From: Mustelus asterias
Taxonomy: Eukaryota
DNA length: 64,000 nt
Direction: 5' to 3'
Assembly: GCF_964213995.1 (NCBI RefSeq)
Contig: NC_135811.1
Span: 18,600,001 to 18,664,000, forward strand
Shown piece by piece: positions 1 through 13,200 of this stretch. The notes beneath the pieces are model-generated. The model saw nothing but the letters and a program-made list of their open reading frames with translations. It searched no databases and was not told where the DNA came from. Position numbers and translations under genes: made by a program. How positions within the stretch are numbered: position 1 is the first letter of the stretch; each line of letters begins with the position of its first letter.

Positions 1-57
1 CAATAGGTTTATATGGAATCACGAGTTTTCGGAGCACTGCTCCTTCATCAGATGAGC
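1..57 (-). mobile_element. Penelope terminal-repeat fragment with degenerate hammerhead motif
   Basis: Minus strand reads tcatCTGATGAaggagcagtgctccGAAAactcgtga. Confidence 0.6.
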
Positions 58-505
58 GAGACTTCTTATTGTCTTCTATGTGAGTTCAGTTTGACCATTT
101 TCATGCTTTTTTGAAAGGGTTCTAGCACAGTAAATTCTTTAACTTTGTTTCTTTGAACAGCAAACGTACACTAATAATCGAGGATCATAAAACATGACTG
201 ACTGTGCAGTTTTTAAAAAGTTATTTTGCTTATATTTTGCCAAATCAGAAGGATACCAAACACCATTGTTATGACTCTGTCCTTCTCTAGCACAGAGCAG
301 CCTTCAGAAGCAGCTTGGTAAGAATATAATTGTTGGTGTTCTGAGGAGTATCTCCTTGTTTTCTTTCAAAAATGTACTAATAAAAAAATGAAAAGTTGCT
401 GCTTATGTGGAAGTGCACACATCTCCCCTCTGAAGCTACCTTGGGCAAATTAAAAGAGTAATGAGTGGTCATTTCTCAACTTTGCTGAAAATGGCCTCTT
501 TCTTA

Positions 506-690
506 GTCATAGAATCCCTACAGCGAAGGAGGCCATTCAACCCATCAACTTTACACTGACCCTCTGAAAGAGCATCCTAAAGTTAAAGTTAAACCTTAAC
601 AGACAAGGCGAGGAGATGCAAACTCCACACAGTCACCCGAGGCTGGCGCTGTGAGGCAGCAATGCTAGCCACTGAGCCACCGCACCACTG
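506..690 (-). mobile_element. HE1-type SINE, internally deleted
   Basis: Matches the head and tail of the 22171-22508 copy. Confidence 0.7.
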
Positions 691-1133
691 CTATTAATTG
701 AAAAAATGATTTTGTTTTTCTCTACACTTCCAATCCCCAAATCGAAACTACACTGGCACCGAGGGGGAAGATTCCCCCTGTGTACCACATGTATCAAAGT
801 TTAAACAGGTGTACAATTTATTACACTTTGTGCACTAAATAGACCTCTGCTTTCCCCACATTGTTGGGTAGACAACCTATTCTGTGGTCTTTATTTGTCA
901 TCCAGCTTCTGGGAGATGCACTAGTATGGTGCAGTTTGGCAGAGTCTGAAATTCCCCCTGACTCTGCTGAAGAGAGCTCTCCCTTTTGTTTAGTCAGTGT
1001 GTCCCTGAGTGACAAAACAACAGTGTCCCTGGAACAGGTCGGTTTGTACGCGGCCCCAGAGGCTGACATTGAAAGAGGGGAAGAAAAGAAAATTTGTCCT
1101 CAGATTAAGACACATCTATAAACTGTTACATAC

Positions 1134-1330
1134 CTTTGACAATGCGGTGGTGTCCTGGACTTGTGTGGTTATGATATAATACCAGGTTCTTCTGAACTGG
1201 CCAAAGACAAAGGTGTGAAGGACATCATTTTCACCAGAAAGGCAGCATTTCCTTAAAAGTAGTACTCGGAGTTCTGCTGTGATGGTTGGATAGCACCACA
1301 CCCACAACGCATCGCCATTTGTGTCTTTTT
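1134..1330 (-). CDS. DENND10: DENN domain-containing protein 10 (FAM45A), coding exon 2; gene continues off the left edge
   Basis: Translates (E)KDTNGDALWVWCYPTITAELRVLLLRKCCL...FVFGQFRRTWYYI...K, matching recalled human DENND10 EKDTNGEVLWVWCYPS...LLLRKCCL. Bounded by cttag acceptor and gtatg donor on the minus strand; 197 nt. Confidence 0.93.
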
Positions 1331-1601
1331 CTAAGAGAGAAGGACATTCATCTTGAGTGCGTGGAGGAGCAGTATTGAAGTTATAAAGATGTATTTAACA
1401 TGAGCCCTGTTGGGAAATTCACCTTTAAAACAGCAGCTCCCCCTTCCCCACTGATGCATTCAGAAATCAAATGTGTTGCTAAGAATTAAATGGATGTGTC
1501 AATAGTATGAGGGACTTCTGCAGAAGAATTCCTGAATATGGCAATTAGCATGCAGAACTGTGCTGAGGTGGCACCCAGTTTAATGGCTATCACTACTTCA
1601 G

Positions 1602-1845
1602 TGGGGCAGCATAGTGGTTAGCATTTCTGGGTTCGATTCCCGGCTTGGTCACTGTCTGTGTGGAGTTTGCACATTGTCTGCGTGGGTTTCCTCCCACAGT
1701 CCGAAAGACATGCTGGTTAGGTGAATTCTCCCTCAGCGTACCCAAACAGGTGCCAGAGTGCGATGATTAGGGGATTTTCACAGTAACTTAATTGCAGTGT
1801 TAATGTAAGCCTACCTGTGACGCTAATAAACATTAAACTTTAAAA
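1602..1845 (+). mobile_element. V-SINE, short-tail variant
   Basis: B box GGTTCGATTCC, V-domain gtgtggagtttgcac, tail ending aataaa...acttta. Confidence 0.8.
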
Positions 1846-2657
1846 AATGCCTCTTACATTATCAGGATCTGTAAAATTTCATTATTTATCATCTCTAATG
1901 TACATGACCATAAAATGTCCACAAAGTCAAGCACGCACAAACAGTACTTTGACCAAGTACTGCATTAGCCCCGAGTTACAATAATTGCAATCCTATGGCA
2001 AACTTTTTTTAAGTGCAATTCTTTTTCAACTTTTTTGATGATCAAATTTGATTACGATGCAGGAGGAATATGGAATTTAAAATGCTGTGGGTATAAATGC
2101 GGTTGGACACAATCATACAGAGCTGTACAATTCCTGGGGTGGTGGGGGTGAGACATCATTAATGAATGGAAAGGAATGAAGGAGTGCTCCTCCACATTGA
2201 GCAGCAGGTTTTTCTACCCAACACAAGGCGAGTCTGCCTGTGACAATGTCTCTTTTCTCTGCGAGATAGTTTGTTCTATAAAGCTTTGTGAGCACCAGGC
2301 CTTTAGACCTCATACCAGCATCATGTGACCGAATAGGAAACACGGAAATCCCATTTCCAACATATATGTTTGCAACATGGATCAACCACTTCGATGTAGG
2401 AAACAAAACGCGTACTGCCTGAGCATATATTGTTTATATCGGAATAATAAAATCCATTGGATTTAATCTGCATTGCAGGATCTCTTTTGTACACACCCTG
2501 GGAGCGAGAGAGGGGAGCCGAAATTGCAAAATGCAAACCTTGTATGGACCTAAAAGACCGGACAAGCGGGCAGCACTCAGCACAGCGTTAGTACAGAGCA
2601 AGAGTCAGGGGAACCTATTATCCAAGGCAGGCTCGCTCCATGTCTGCCGACCCTTAC

Positions 2658-2697
2658 CGACCAGCCCCACACTCAGCATCAAAGGCGTCTCAGCCAT
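2658..2697 (-). CDS. DENND10: DENND10 coding exon 1 (start codon)
   Basis: accATGG context; MAETPLMLSVGLV+G|gtaag. The phase-1 donor joins exon 2 to give LSVGLVEKD (human LGVGLIEKD). Confidence 0.9.
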
Positions 2698-3367
2698 GGT
2701 CTGCCCAGCAGCTCAGTAAATCAATGGGGGGGAAAACACTCCCTCTGCAGCAAATCTTCAGCAGGAGTTGGACAAGAAATCACTGTGGAGGGAAACGAGA
2801 TTGTTACTGTCCGCTGCTTACTGGAACAATCACTTGTGCTGTCACTGATACAATGTAACCAGGAGTAATGTGTTACTAACACTCTTAATGTCAATTACAG
2901 ATTGTGTCACTGCGACTTATCGCTACTATCGTCCATGTAAATCTTACTGCAGCTGGTACTCTTGACTGTTCTCGCTCAGAAGCATCAATTTTCGGCCCAA
3001 ATAGCACAGGCTCACTGTTACCTTTCAGGACCTCGGGTGTCCCAGTTAAAAACTGTCCGCCTGGCACTGACAAGTCTTTTTTTTATATATATATACGATT
3101 GTGCAGGAACTGAGGTGGCCGAATGGAGGCGTGCAAGAAGCAACATAATGTGCACACGCTCAATGAGTGAAGTCTTCCAAGACTACAGGATATTTTAAAA
3201 CGCTGTTTTCAGTTTGCAGGCTTGAAATGAGCACTCTAAATAGAAACCGGAGCCTGCCATTGTGCCAATAAAATAATCAGAACATACGCTGCGAGCAAAA
3301 AGCATAGGGTATTCAATGGGATCACTTTGTGACAAATGTTTCCTGAATCTTATAACACTGTGACAGA

Positions 3368-3776
3368 TCGTATGAGGAAAGGCTGAGGGACTTGAGGTTG
3401 TTTTCATTAGAGAGAAGAAGGTGACTTAATAGAGGCATACAAGATGATCAGAGGATTAGATAGAATGGATAGTGAGAGCCTTTTTCCTCGGATGGTGATG
3501 GCTAACACGAGGGGACATAGCTTTAAATTGAGGGGTGATAGATATAGGACAGATGTCAGAGGTAGGTTCTTTACTCAGAGAGTAGTAAGGGCGTGGAATG
3601 CCCTGCCTGCAACAGAAGTGGACTCGCCAACATTAAGAGCATTCAAATGGTTATTGGATAAACATATGGATGATATTGGAATAGTGTAGATTAGAGGGGC
3701 TTTAGATTGGTTTCACTGGTCGACGCAACATCGAGGGCCGAAGGGCCTGTACTGCGCTGTAATGTTCTATGTTCTA
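3368..3776 (+). mobile_element. CR1-clade LINE 3' end
   Basis: TRGHSFKL...FFTQRVVRAWNALP...FK..LD C-terminal motif and gttctat tail repeats. Confidence 0.88.
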
Positions 3777-4284
3777 TAAATGTGTCCCACAGCGATTCTC
3801 TGTCAAAATTAGCTGTGAAGAAAGTGTTCTCCAAAATATCGCCTTGCAACATTTTTTTCTGTATGTCTCCTAATTGCAACAACAAAAACATTAACAGCTG
3901 AGAATTCTTAAGAATTTTCATGGTCTCCTTGTGCCTGCCACTTGTACTCAAACATTGCTGTTTATTTTAAAATACAAAATATATAATCACATACAATGCA
4001 GTGTATTACGTGCAAAGGTCAGATACCCTTTGGTGTATTTATTCTAGGCGATCCGTCAACACTGGATTAATGTTGGTGTTCTGGGTTGTGATGTAAATGC
4101 TCAATATAGACACTAGATAGTGGTCAGTCTAAAGCAGCACACCATGTGGGCAGAAATCATTTGCCTCATTAAAGCCCCCTGACTCTTAGTGTGACCGTTT
4201 GAACGTATCACCAAAGATAAAAGTAAATGAAAATCATACAAATCATAACATCTGGAGAAAATACCAACAGGAACTCACTAAGAT

Positions 4285-4597
4285 TCCTTAGACAGCATCT
4301 TCCAAGCCCACAACCACTACCATCTAGAAGGTCAAGGGCAGCAGATACATGGGAACACCACCACCTGGAAATTACCCTCCAAACCACTCACCATCCTGAC
4401 TTGGAATATATCGCCGTTCCTTCACTGTCATTGGGTCAAAATCCTGGAGCTCCCTCCCTAACAGCACTCTGAGTGTACCTGCACTATGTGGACTGCAGCG
4501 GTTAAAGAAGGCAGCTCACCACCACCTTCTGGATGGCAATTAGGGATGGGCATTGCATGCTCCCCAACCAGTGACGCCCGCATCCCATGAATGAGTT
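4285..4597 (+). mobile_element. LINE 3' end fragment (CR1/L2 group)
   Basis: Related sequence recurs at about 24480-24590, 28820-29110 and 49130-49590. Confidence 0.6.
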
Positions 4598-5076
4598 TTA
4601 AAAATTAATATAAAACCAATAATAAAAAATTACTGTGGAAAATCTTTATAGATATTTTAAGATGTATTGCTGCAATATTTGAATATGTCTCCAGTGTGGG
4701 ATTTACATATGGACCAGGCAACAACAGTCTCTCATGCATCTACTCCTCCTGAATCAGGTTTTAACTGGTAGGGGCTAAAGATGCTGAAGTCACATATTAT
4801 TTTAAAAAAATGTAATAGATTGCCATTCCGAAATGAAAGATCTACTTCATAATATTATAAAATAATTTAACATTGATACAAACTATTTAAATTCCATCAT
4901 GGATCATGATAATTTGAGGAAACAAAACTATTACACCTGTTGAAAATGAAAGGAATATATTACTGAAAATAAATATTTTGCAAACTTGTCTGCATTTTAA
5001 AGAATCGCTCTCAGAATGTGCATGACATTGACATGTCTTGCTGATGCCTAGTTTCTCTGCAAGTTGGTGGTGTGGT

Positions 5077-5405
5077 TCATAGAATCATAGAATCCCACAG
5101 TGCAGAAGGAGGCCATTCAGCCCCTCGAGTCTGCACCAACCACAATCCCACCCAGGCCCTATCCACTTAACTCCATGCATTTGCCCTAACTAGTCTCCCT
5201 GACACAAAGGGGCAATTTAGCATGGCCAATCCACCTAACCCGCACATCTTTGGAGTGTGGGAGGAAACTGGAGCACCCGAAGGAAACCCACGCAGACACG
5301 GGGAGAACATGCAAACTCCACACACACAGTGACCTAAGCTGGGAATCTAATCCGGGTCCCTGGTGCTGTGAGGGAGCAGTGCTAACCACTGTGTCACCAT
5401 GCCAC
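5077..5405 (-). mobile_element. HE1-type tRNA-derived V-SINE
   Basis: Full-length reverse copy of the 22171-22508 family. Confidence 0.88.
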
Positions 5406-5954
5406 CCATTGTTGTTTGTAAAACACTGAAGTCCATGTGGCATTCTTTATAGTTTGATACAGCTGAGTGCCTCACTAAACCACTTCCCTTGCTGATGTAA
5501 GATTGGAGTCATCTTTCTGCCAAACCAGGTAGCGACAGCAGGTGTCATCACCGCCTCCCCTGTCCCCCAAGAAAATACATTAGTTAACCACAGTCCATAC
5601 AGTCGCTTTTACCTATACCAGCCTTTTATTTCCAAATTAAAAAATAATAAACTGAACTCAAATTCTCACAGAGCCATGGCAGCATTTTAACTCACATTCT
5701 CTAGATTATCAGTTCAATGGAATTTGTTATGGCAGGAAACTTGTTATTTGCCTGTGATGTTAAACATGATAATATTATTTTAGTGCTTTTGTGTGTAGTG
5801 TCCCTTGCCTCCAAACTAAATTTTAAAATGATAATTCTAATCATTAATGTGTAGGTTTTAGTTGATTTTTAATCCATAGTGTTTATCATAATTAAAGTAT
5901 ATTTTGGTGCAATTATATGCTTCAACATACAAATGACATGTAATGTCATATTTG

Positions 5955-6725
5955 ATCCAGTTGGCAGTATTCTTGCCTGAATCCGAAAGAGTCCCATTTC
6001 AGGGCTTGAGAACAAAAAGCTACATGGTCACCTCAGCACAATACTGAGAGAGTTCTGCACTGTTGGATATGTTATTGTTTGGCCGAGGTATTAATTTGAC
6101 AGGCCTCTCAGGTGGATGTAAAGGATGCTGGTGTTATTTTAAGCACTATATCTGAGACCAAGAGCTCTGAAGAAGGGCAGAGGAACTCTCCCAAGTGTCC
6201 TCACCAACATTTATCCTTCAATAAACATCATATAAAGCACAGTGCTTAGCACTGCAGTCTCACAGTGCCAAGAACCTGTGTTTGATTCCAGCTTTGGGTG
6301 ACTATGTAGAGTTGAACGTTCTCCCCAAGTCTGCATGGGTTTCCTCCAGGTACTCTGGTTTCCTCCCACAGTCCAAAGATATGCAGGTTATGTTGATTGG
6401 CCATGTTAAATTGCCCCTTTATGTTCCAAGATGTGTAGGTTAGGGGGATTAGAGGGATAAATACATGGGATTGCAGGAAAAGGGCTTGGGTAAGGTACTC
6501 CGTGGCAGAGTCAGCACAGATCCCATGGGCCGAATGGCCTCCTTCTGCACTGTAAGGATTCTGATTACACCTCGCTGTTTGTGGGAGGTTGCTGCACAAT
6601 TGCTGCCTTTGGTTGCTGCATTTCCTACATGACAACAGTGATTAAACCTCAAAAACACTTCACTGACTGTACAGCACTTTGGGAACTTCTGAGGTCGTGA
6701 AAGGCGGTACAAAAATACATTTTTC
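5955..6725 (+). mobile_element. Deu-domain SINE (SacSINE1-like) split by an HE1 insertion at about 6243-6565
   Basis: ctgcactgttgga...ctctcaggtggatgtaaa...atttatccttcaa, resuming gctgtttgtggga...gaggtcgtgaaaggcg; a related copy lies at 51313-51670. Confidence 0.7.
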
Positions 6726-6830
6726 ATTCTGTTGTTCACTGGCTCTTGAGATTCTCAACAGTCCACAGGATGCTCAAGGGTTGGGAGCAGCTGAGCTTTC
6801 AGGCCCATGTTCCCACAGCATGATTCCAGG

Positions 6831-7130
6831 GCGCATGCGCTAGATCCAAGCTGTGCAGTTGGCGTGAGTGTGCGTCAGATCCGGTGGGGTCAGAGCCGGG
6901 CTGAGGGGGTCGGAGTGCGTGTGCGCCGGAGCCGGCGGGAAGCACGCCGGGCAGCGTGATCGGAGTGCGCCTGCGCCGGAGCTAACGGGAAGGATGCCTG
7001 ACAGCATGGTCCGAGTGCGCCTGCGCCGCAGCCGACGGGAAGGACGCCGGGCAGCGTGTTCGGGGTGCGCCTGCGCCACATCCGGCGGGCGCCGGGGCAG
7101 GTCACGTGGCGCCGGTCTCCATTTTGAAGG
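6831..7130 (+). promoter_or_regulatory. CpG-island promoter of EIF3A with NRF1 sites, E-box and YY1-like motif
   Basis: CpG-rich. GCGCATGCGC at 6831-6840, repeated GCGCCTGCGC, CACGTG at 7103-7108, CCATTTTG at 7119-7126; directly upstream of the ATG at 7197. Confidence 0.75.
6911..7089. repeat. 50-bp tandem repeat, about 3.6 copies
   Basis: Units start at 6911, 6961, 7011 and 7061: cggagtgcgcctgcgccggagccgrcgggaaggacgccgggcagcgtgnt. Confidence 0.9.
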
Positions 7131-7196
7131 GGTCCGTAGAGCGCCGAGCACCTCTGGGGGAGGCCAGGTTGCGGAGGGAGTCCGGAGCCTGAAACC

Positions 7197-7245
7197 ATGC
7201 CGGCCTATTTCCAGAGACCGGAGAACGCCCTTAAAAGGGCTAACG
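7197..7245 (+). CDS. EIF3A: EIF3A exon 1 (coding part)
   Basis: ATG CCG GCC TAT TTC ... AAC G|gtgag; [16 protein letters not shown]. Confidence 0.96.
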
Positions 7246-10200
7246 GTGAGCAAGTGGGTTAAAGGGACAGATGGCATGAGCCCCGGGGCCCGCTCGGCCA
7301 TATGGCTGAGGTGGCACTGGCCTGGGGAAGGGAGAGGCTGCAGTCTCTAACCAGGCCTATGGCTCCTGCACATGTTGTCCGACCTCTCAATTTAATGGCG
7401 GCTCCTAATTTTTCCCTAAATAAATATAGCTTAGCAAATAGGGAGTGGCGCCAAATAAAACTCTGCTGAAGATTTTTGGGTTTGTGCGTTACCCTGGAAG
7501 AAGAAAATCTGTCCCTCTTAATCGGTAGCAGAAATGATATTACTTAAATCTAGATTCATGCATCAGCAAATTAGGTAGAATATGTTAGCTTTTTTAAAAT
7601 GTTTGGTGCTACCTTGTTTTTTTTGTGTGCTTAACTTCGAGATTGAAAGTTACACAAAATGATCCTCAGATCAAAATGTACTTCATCGCACAGATTGTAT
7701 TTATTTGCTTCTTTTATTGTCGATGAGATTTACCTCTGAAACCCCAATCATTTGAATGTTCCAGTTCCCAGTCAAATTAATAGCTGTTTCCCTTTTTCTA
7801 AATTTCCTTTTGGTAGCAAAATTTTTGTCCATTAATCTGACGTGCTTAAAATATATTCACTTTAGTCACCCATTTATTTTGTCCGTGAATTTTACTGAGA
7901 TATTTTGTCAGTGATAAGCTTTAACTACTGACTGACAGTTGGGTGGGGTATGTAGGCTCAGTATGATGCATCTTGGTTTGAGATATGTATTTTAAGCAGA
8001 TCTTTGTCAAAGTTGAAAATTTGAAGGATTATCAAGATAATGTTAAGTAAAACTGCATATTAAGGATAACTAGAAAGTGCTTGAAACCAATAAAAGGGGA
8101 GAATCTTTGGCAATAATGTAAAAGGGGGAAAGAGGGGAACTGATAAAGATAGCATGAAGATTATGGTGGAGACATCAGGAAACAAACATTTTTCAGTTTA
8201 ACATCAGCTCTGGTAAAGTTCCTGGAGTCTAGTTGGGCCATTGTGAATGAGCACAAGGAACTGTCTTAAGCTGATCATTAAGAATCAGCATGGATCTGTA
8301 AAGGGGAGATGATATCTGACTTATCTAATTTAGCATGGCCAATACACCTAACCAGCACGCCTTTCAGACTGTGGGAGGAAACCAGAGCACCTGGAGCAAA
8401 CCCATGCAGATACAGGGAGAACATGCACACTCTGCACGGACAGTGACCCGAGCCGGGAATCGAACCTGGGTCCCTGGCACTGTGAGGCAGCAGTGCTAAC
8501 CACTGTGCCGCCTCAGGTGAACGTTTGAAGCAGGTCACCACTTTCGAAGTGCATTTGCTGAGATTCTGTTTGGGAGATTTTTAGCTAAAGTAAGTGCATG
8601 AAATTGGAGTTAACCCTGTGTTAAAATTGTAGCAGATGCTCCTCAATAGGGAAAAGTGGTGAGGTCATACACTTTGGATCCAAAATAGACATACCTGAAT
8701 ATCTAAAGCTAAAATATGAAGTGCGGCAGAGCAAAGTGAATTGGGTGTCTGTATACAAAACAATTCTAAAAGTAATCAAAACGGTTAATGGAATCTTGGT
8801 GCTAGTATACCAAGAGGAGGAAGTTTGTACAAGTGCCTTGATCAGGCATCCGTCGGGCATACTGCATTCAGTTTTGAGCACCACTCCTTGGGAAGAGGGT
8901 ACGATGACAAACTGCCGGAATAGTACTGAAGCATAAAGTTGCATAAGCTCGCTTGAATTTTGACGGTTACTGGTTGATCGAATTGAGGTGTTTAAAATAA
9001 GAGAAATAATAGGGTAGCTACAAGGAAACTATTTCCCTTAATGATATGAATCCAAAACAAGGACACAATCTTTAAATTAGTGCAAGGCCACTAAGTGAAA
9101 TCAGGAAGCAGGTTTTCCACTCTTCTGGGTCGGTTGATACTTTCAAGATTGAGATTGATAGATTTTGTTCTTTATGAATGGGTAAACGAATGTGTTTGGC
9201 AGAACCATATAGGGACACAGGGATCACTGCTGTCCAGTAAACCATGATCTTGGATTTTTAGATCCAGCTCCTCAAATACTCTCTTCCTCAGCCGGCTGAA
9301 GGCTGATTTGACACATTGGAGACAGTGATGAATTTTGATAAAGATGGAAAATGGTCCATGTTTTCCAGTATCTCATCGTAGATCTTAATTGCCATGGGGA
9401 GGGGTTTTGTTCTGGGAGTTGGTTGGAAAAGACCTTTAGTTTGTAGGTGTTTGGTGAAAGGCCCATTTTCTTGTGCTTTGGAGGGGTCATCAGAGATCTG
9501 GAGCTCAGGTTCTGAGTGAGTGTACACAAACGTCATCTACATACTGAGGCTATATGACTGAGGTTGAAATGGTTTTGGATTGAAGGTGGTGTATGTTGAG
9601 CAATTTTCCATCTGTGTAGATTATCTCAGGAGGTAGTTGTGAGAAAGAAAGTTGGTACAATAACACAGCATTACTTGACTTCATTTTTCATTGAGACCAG
9701 GTCTATGGTGATTCAGTTGGCCGAGTTCATGGTTTGAAAGTCCTGTGCAGTGGGCAAAAGATAGTGACATATTTAAGGGCAGCCAAATTTGAAGAGGACA
9801 CTCCATAACAGAATGCAGGGCTTTTTTGAGGCTGAAAAAGTTGATTTACAGCAGTTGGTACTGTTCTTGCATTTTTTTCTTGAATTTCCTGCATACCAGG
9901 CAGCAGTGATCGCTACAACTCCTATACATTGTAGACTCGCACAACCTTTCGCAGGCATCTCAAAGCACTGGAGCAGTAGCAACATCCCCACCATGGGGGA
10001 CATCCTTCCTGATTCTACCCTGTCTAGTCCTATTAGAATTTTATAGGTTTCTATGAGATTCCCCCCACCCCCATTCTTCTGAACTCCAGCGAATATAACC
10101 CTAACCGACTCAATCTCGGCTTGTACGTCAGTCTCGCCATCCCAGGAATTGGTCTGGTAATCCTTCGCTGCGCACACTCTATAGCAAGAACATTGTTCCT

Positions 10201-13200
10201 CAGATAAGGAGTCCAAAACTACAAACATACCAGAAGACTCCAGGGAAACCTTGGCTTGCGACCAGCCAAAATGCAAAAGGTTCATTTGGGATGGTACCTA
10301 ACACATCAAGATACTTCACCGCAAGGGGGCGAGACAAAATCAAGGCTTTGGCAGAAATGCACAAACCTCCAAACAACCCATCTACCCAACCCTTGAAATG
10401 CTACTTGCCCCACGTGGCAGAGTTTGCAGGTTGTGCATTGGACTTATCAGCCATTTCAGAACACAGCGAATTAGAGTGGAAGTCATCCTCAATCCTAAGG
10501 GAATACCTAAGAAGAAGCTTGGCAGAACAGTCTTGAGCTGCTAAATGGTCTACCATTCTACATCTAAATTTTGTTGGAAGAAAATCACTAATATTTTCCA
10601 TAAAGCTAAAGTATACTTGCGCTAAGCATTCACTAGTTCAAAGTGCTGTTAATGCATGACATGTTAAATTGCCCCTCAGTGTCCCAAGATGCATAGGTTC
10701 AGGGGTTAGTGGATAAATGCATGGGGTTACGGGAGTGGGGAGTGGTCTTGGTAAGATGCTCTGTCGCAGGGTCGTCGCAGGGTCAGTGCAGCCTCAGTGG
10801 GCTCAACGATCTCCCTCTGCACTGTCGGGATTCTATGATATAGACAATGAATTCGCCTCCACAGCAGAAATGTGACATTGTCAAAAGCAGCATAGGTTAA
10901 ACAATGTTCTTTTCATTCCTTACACTGAACATTCCACATAAATTTTATCATTCACTTTTCCTTCCTCTCTCCACCACACCCCCACTGTTTCCAGCCCAAA
11001 GTTCACATGGTGGTGATCAGTTATGAGCAAGGATCATCAATGTCAGTTGTGTTCTATTCCTTGGCCAAGAGGGCGTTATTCTGAGTACCAGCACACTGGA
11101 TGTCACCCAAACAATCCAGTGCTCAGCTGATGACCTTGTGAACTTTCCAATAAACTATTATTTATAGATAATGGACCTACGTGCAATAATATTTGTATCA
11201 CATTTAAACACCAAGACCCTGTGAGTTGATTATTTATTTAGTGTATGCACATCGATACATGTGTATCATTCTTTTGGAGAGGACCAGTTTTTTTGTATCA
11301 TTTGGAAGTGTTTGTTTTTTGGCAGGGAAATAGCACTTCCATTGTATGTTCCATTTTTTGTATTTTGGCACTCGCCTATGAGGCCTGATGCACTGATAGG
11401 CTTACCTTTACGTTAGCGCAGCACCTTAGCCACAAATGGCAAATGAAGTTTGTACCTGTGGAAGCAACTTCTAATATAAAATCTTGGTCAATAACAATAT
11501 GTATTTTAACAACTTCGGGACTGTATAATTAACAGTAACTGTAAAACAAAGGAGATATGATTATGACCAAAAACCCGACAACGAGGTGGGTTTCAAGAGT
11601 CTTGAAGGGATTCGAAGAGAATTTGAGCATAATGCCTGACAGCATGGCCAACAGTGGTGGGGTGTAGGGGGATTCCAGTAAGTCAGAGTTAAAACTACTG
11701 TCAGAATCTGGGATGAATGGAAAGTCTGGAGGTGTCAAATGCATGGATGAAGATTTCTGCTGCACATGGGTTCAGTCAGAATGACAACTGGTGGTCTTTG
11801 TGATAAAAATATGGAGTCCCAGCTTGGATCAGTTGGGGCGCTGAGGTTATGAACAGTCTGAATCAGCTTTAGACAGTGGTTGGGAAGAGTATGGAATTGA
11901 AGATAATGTTACACAGAATGTGGATGGATGCGAAAGACACTGACTTCAGTTTCCCTAGATCTAGTTGGGTGAAACTGACTCATCTGAGAGTGTAATTTTG
12001 ACAAGTAGCCTGATGGAGAAGTCATCAGTGCACTCTTGGAGGCTGACCCCATGTCTTTGAGTGATGTCGCTGAGGGGCAGAATATTTGAGAAGGGAGACC
12101 ACCAAGGATGAATCCATGGGACTCTACAGATGTAATGTAGGAGTGGTACAAGTGCATTGCTGGGAATACTCCTGGTTACAACTGAAAGGATAATAGTGGA
12201 ACCAAGCAAGGGCAATCCTGTGGATCAGGCCAGTGGAGAGGTGTTGGAGAAGGATGGATTGGGTGACTTTTTCAAATGGTCTACAGAGGTCCAGGAGTAA
12301 AGCAGTCACGGATGTGATTTTGGTTAAAGCCAGTTCAGTGCTGTAATGGGGCAGACATTTGGAGACATTAAAACAGTTGTAGGAAAATTTGGCACTTGTG
12401 CAGCATGGACAAAAGCATCAATCTTTTTCTGAATGGGTAGTAATGATATTGTTCATGGGAATGGATCAGTGCTTGAGAGGAAACCATTTATAAGCATCAT
12501 TTAGCATGGGGCCTGGATGGGACATTAGAAATAGAGTCACAGGAACAGGAGATGGACCTCCAACATGAGATGAACATAGAAGTAGAGAGAAATAGAGGTA
12601 GACATATTCAGGGTTAAGGGGTGGGTAGTTGCCTTTGTGGGAAGTGGAGTAAGTAGCAAAGTAAACGGAATCGATGCCAGCCTTGGTACAAGATATCCAT
12701 GAGTTGCATGATGGAAGTGAGTAAAGAAACTAATGAAAAGGGTTTATGGAGCTAAGGAGAAAATGAAAACAGGATGCAAGCAGGAGGTTATCTTTGCTAT
12801 CCAGTATTCAGTCTTGGAGTAGTAATAGTTTTGGCTGAAGATGATGCTGGTATCACTGATTGTGATCCAGCCAAAAATGCAAAAGTGAAGATTTTATTGG
12901 GGACATAGATATTGATGGCAGAGATGAAGTTACCAAATTAGCAGCTTCACAAGTATAGCAAATGGAAGGACAAAGGTTGAGCAATTGACAGTTTGAGAGT
13001 TGTAAATGAAACAAAAGCAGAAAATGCAACAAATACTCAGGTCAAGCAGCATCTATGCTGAGAGAAACAGTTAATATTTCAGGGTGATAATCTTCACCCT
13101 ATATACCTCCTACCAAGTATTTTATCTCAAATTTGTAGCATATATTGCTTTGCACTGTTGTAAATGCCTTTGAGAGCTTTTTCCAAGGACAGATGTAGAA

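Noticed and set aside
6911-7089. Tandem repeat as a CRISPR-like array
   Set aside because: Contiguous units with no unique spacers, a eukaryotic promoter context and no cas genes.
6840-7350. 100-160 aa ORFs on both strands over the CpG island
   Set aside because: Explained by high GC content and the 50-bp repeat; the true exon 1 is only 49 coding nt.
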